Below, piece by piece: positions 62,719 to 64,000 of a stretch of DNA of 64,000 bases; positions within the stretch are counted from its first letter, which is position 1, and every line of letters begins with the position of its first letter. The notes below the pieces were generated by a model. That model was not told the origin of the DNA, ran no database searches, and was given only the letters and a program-made list of their open reading frames with translations. Source of the DNA: Botryllus schlosseri (taxonomy: Eukaryota); the NCBI GenBank assembly GCA_051294905.1, contig CM119372.1:18106001-18170000 (forward strand). The letters are read 5' to 3'. The position numbers were made by a program, and so were the translations under genes.

Positions 62719-64000
62719 GTATGGTAAAATGTGAAATCTAGAATTGACAACGATAATTTGCACTCAAATCAGACTAAGCTCTCAGACTATGATATGCTAA
62801 GTTGTTGGATTAGCAATGCCAGTTGAATTCCCCATTTCTATGCATGTTATGTTGCAATAAATGATTTTGAATGAGTGGATCCCTTTTGATTCCGATTGTT
62901 TCATTTTTTATTTGATGTTACGGTACTCCTGTAATGGTAACTCTTCCTGGTTATCCCTCCATTACATGCTCAATGCTTGGTAATTTTTTTCACTGTAAAA
63001 ATTGATTTGTTATGAATTTGTCTGATTTATATACATCATTAAATTTTCGGCAATTCGTATAGTCTTGTTTTTGAAGACTTCCTTTACTCACTCCAAAACA
63101 GTCCAAAAAGTTTCTTCATTTTCAAACATTTCCAACTAAATGTGTGTAAATTCTATGAGCCAAACCAATAGCGCTGCTAGTCATATTAGGCCTATCCGCC
63201 TATAACCCATGTACCATGATTGGCGATCATGGAATATAGCCCCAAACTTCCACATATATAGGCTAAAGTGCAATTAGCCGCTATTGACAGTTTCTAAACT
63301 AGTTTAAGTGATAGTTTCTTAGTCCAATAACTATTCACAGCTAAAATGCAGTATTGTAATTTCTCTTGCCAAACAAAGAAATATGATTGTTATTCCTAAT
63401 TTGATGCAGTGAATCCTCTGGAAGTGCCGGGTATGTAAACGTGATTCAACTATCGAATGTCACTATGGAACGGCAACTCCCGTTTTTCATTGTTATGTTC
63501 CGCTAGACTAGTGACTACATCTACCACCTTTGGTCAAGCATAATAATCTGTCGTGGGTTAGATGCCATATCACAATTATAGATACTCAACTCGAGTATGT
63601 ATAAGTGTGCGTATATCTCAAGGTTGTAGTGACTCGAGTCGCATTTTTTGTGACTCGACGTGACTCGAGTCATTTTTTCAAATGCGAAAAAGGACTCTAC
63701 TCTGTCAATTTTTGTATTGACTCGACTTGTTCTCTAGTCATTGTGCATGGCTCGAAACTGGTCATATGACTCGAGACTAGGACGGCCAAGACAGACATTT
63801 CACAGTAACTTCGAGAATAGTAAAGTCACCACATTTTTGATATTTCGTCTATCAGTACCTATTATTGAGAAATAGGGTCAGGAAATGTTGAGACTGAGGA
63901 AAATTACAATATTATGAGTACGACCCGTTCTATATCACTCGCGCAGAGTTAAAAAAAGTGGATAGAACCTGATTGAACTTAAAACGGAACAGTGAACACA

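Noticed and set aside
1..64000. tRNA, rRNA, SINE or prokaryotic defence systems
   Set aside because: No cloverleaf or A/B-box pair, rRNA signature or operon-like structure was recognised by eye. tRNAscan-SE and Infernal would be needed to exclude small RNAs.

Overview
Eukaryotic genomic DNA, AT-rich with short GT-AG introns. It is probably a protochordate, most likely an ascidian; this is inferred from a VCBP-like gene. I reconstructed five host genes by hand. (1) A minus-strand V-type immunoglobulin gene resembling VCBP (V region-containing chitin-binding protein), mostly missed by the ORF track and running off the left edge. (2) A complete 4-exon galactose-3-O-sulfotransferase. (3) A phospholipid scramblase with an uninterrupted CDS. 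(4) A complete 11-exon Lifeguard/TMBIM gene. (5) The 5' part of its tandem paralog, which has a frameshifted exon. The rest is dense with non-autonomous DNA transposons, mostly hAT-type MITEs with 8-bp TSDs, arranged in two deep nested stacks (7.7-14.0 kb and 31.0-39.2 kb). These include a Galileo/P-like foldback with 610-bp arms, a Mutator-like element with a 9-bp TSD, and a young gag-deleted Ty3/Gypsy element whose LTRs end TA...TA instead of TG...CA. TAGGCTA/TAGGCCTA motifs are over-represented, and one paralogous comparison shows one as an insertion at a TA site, which suggests transposon excision scars. All coordinates were read by eye and no database searches were run.
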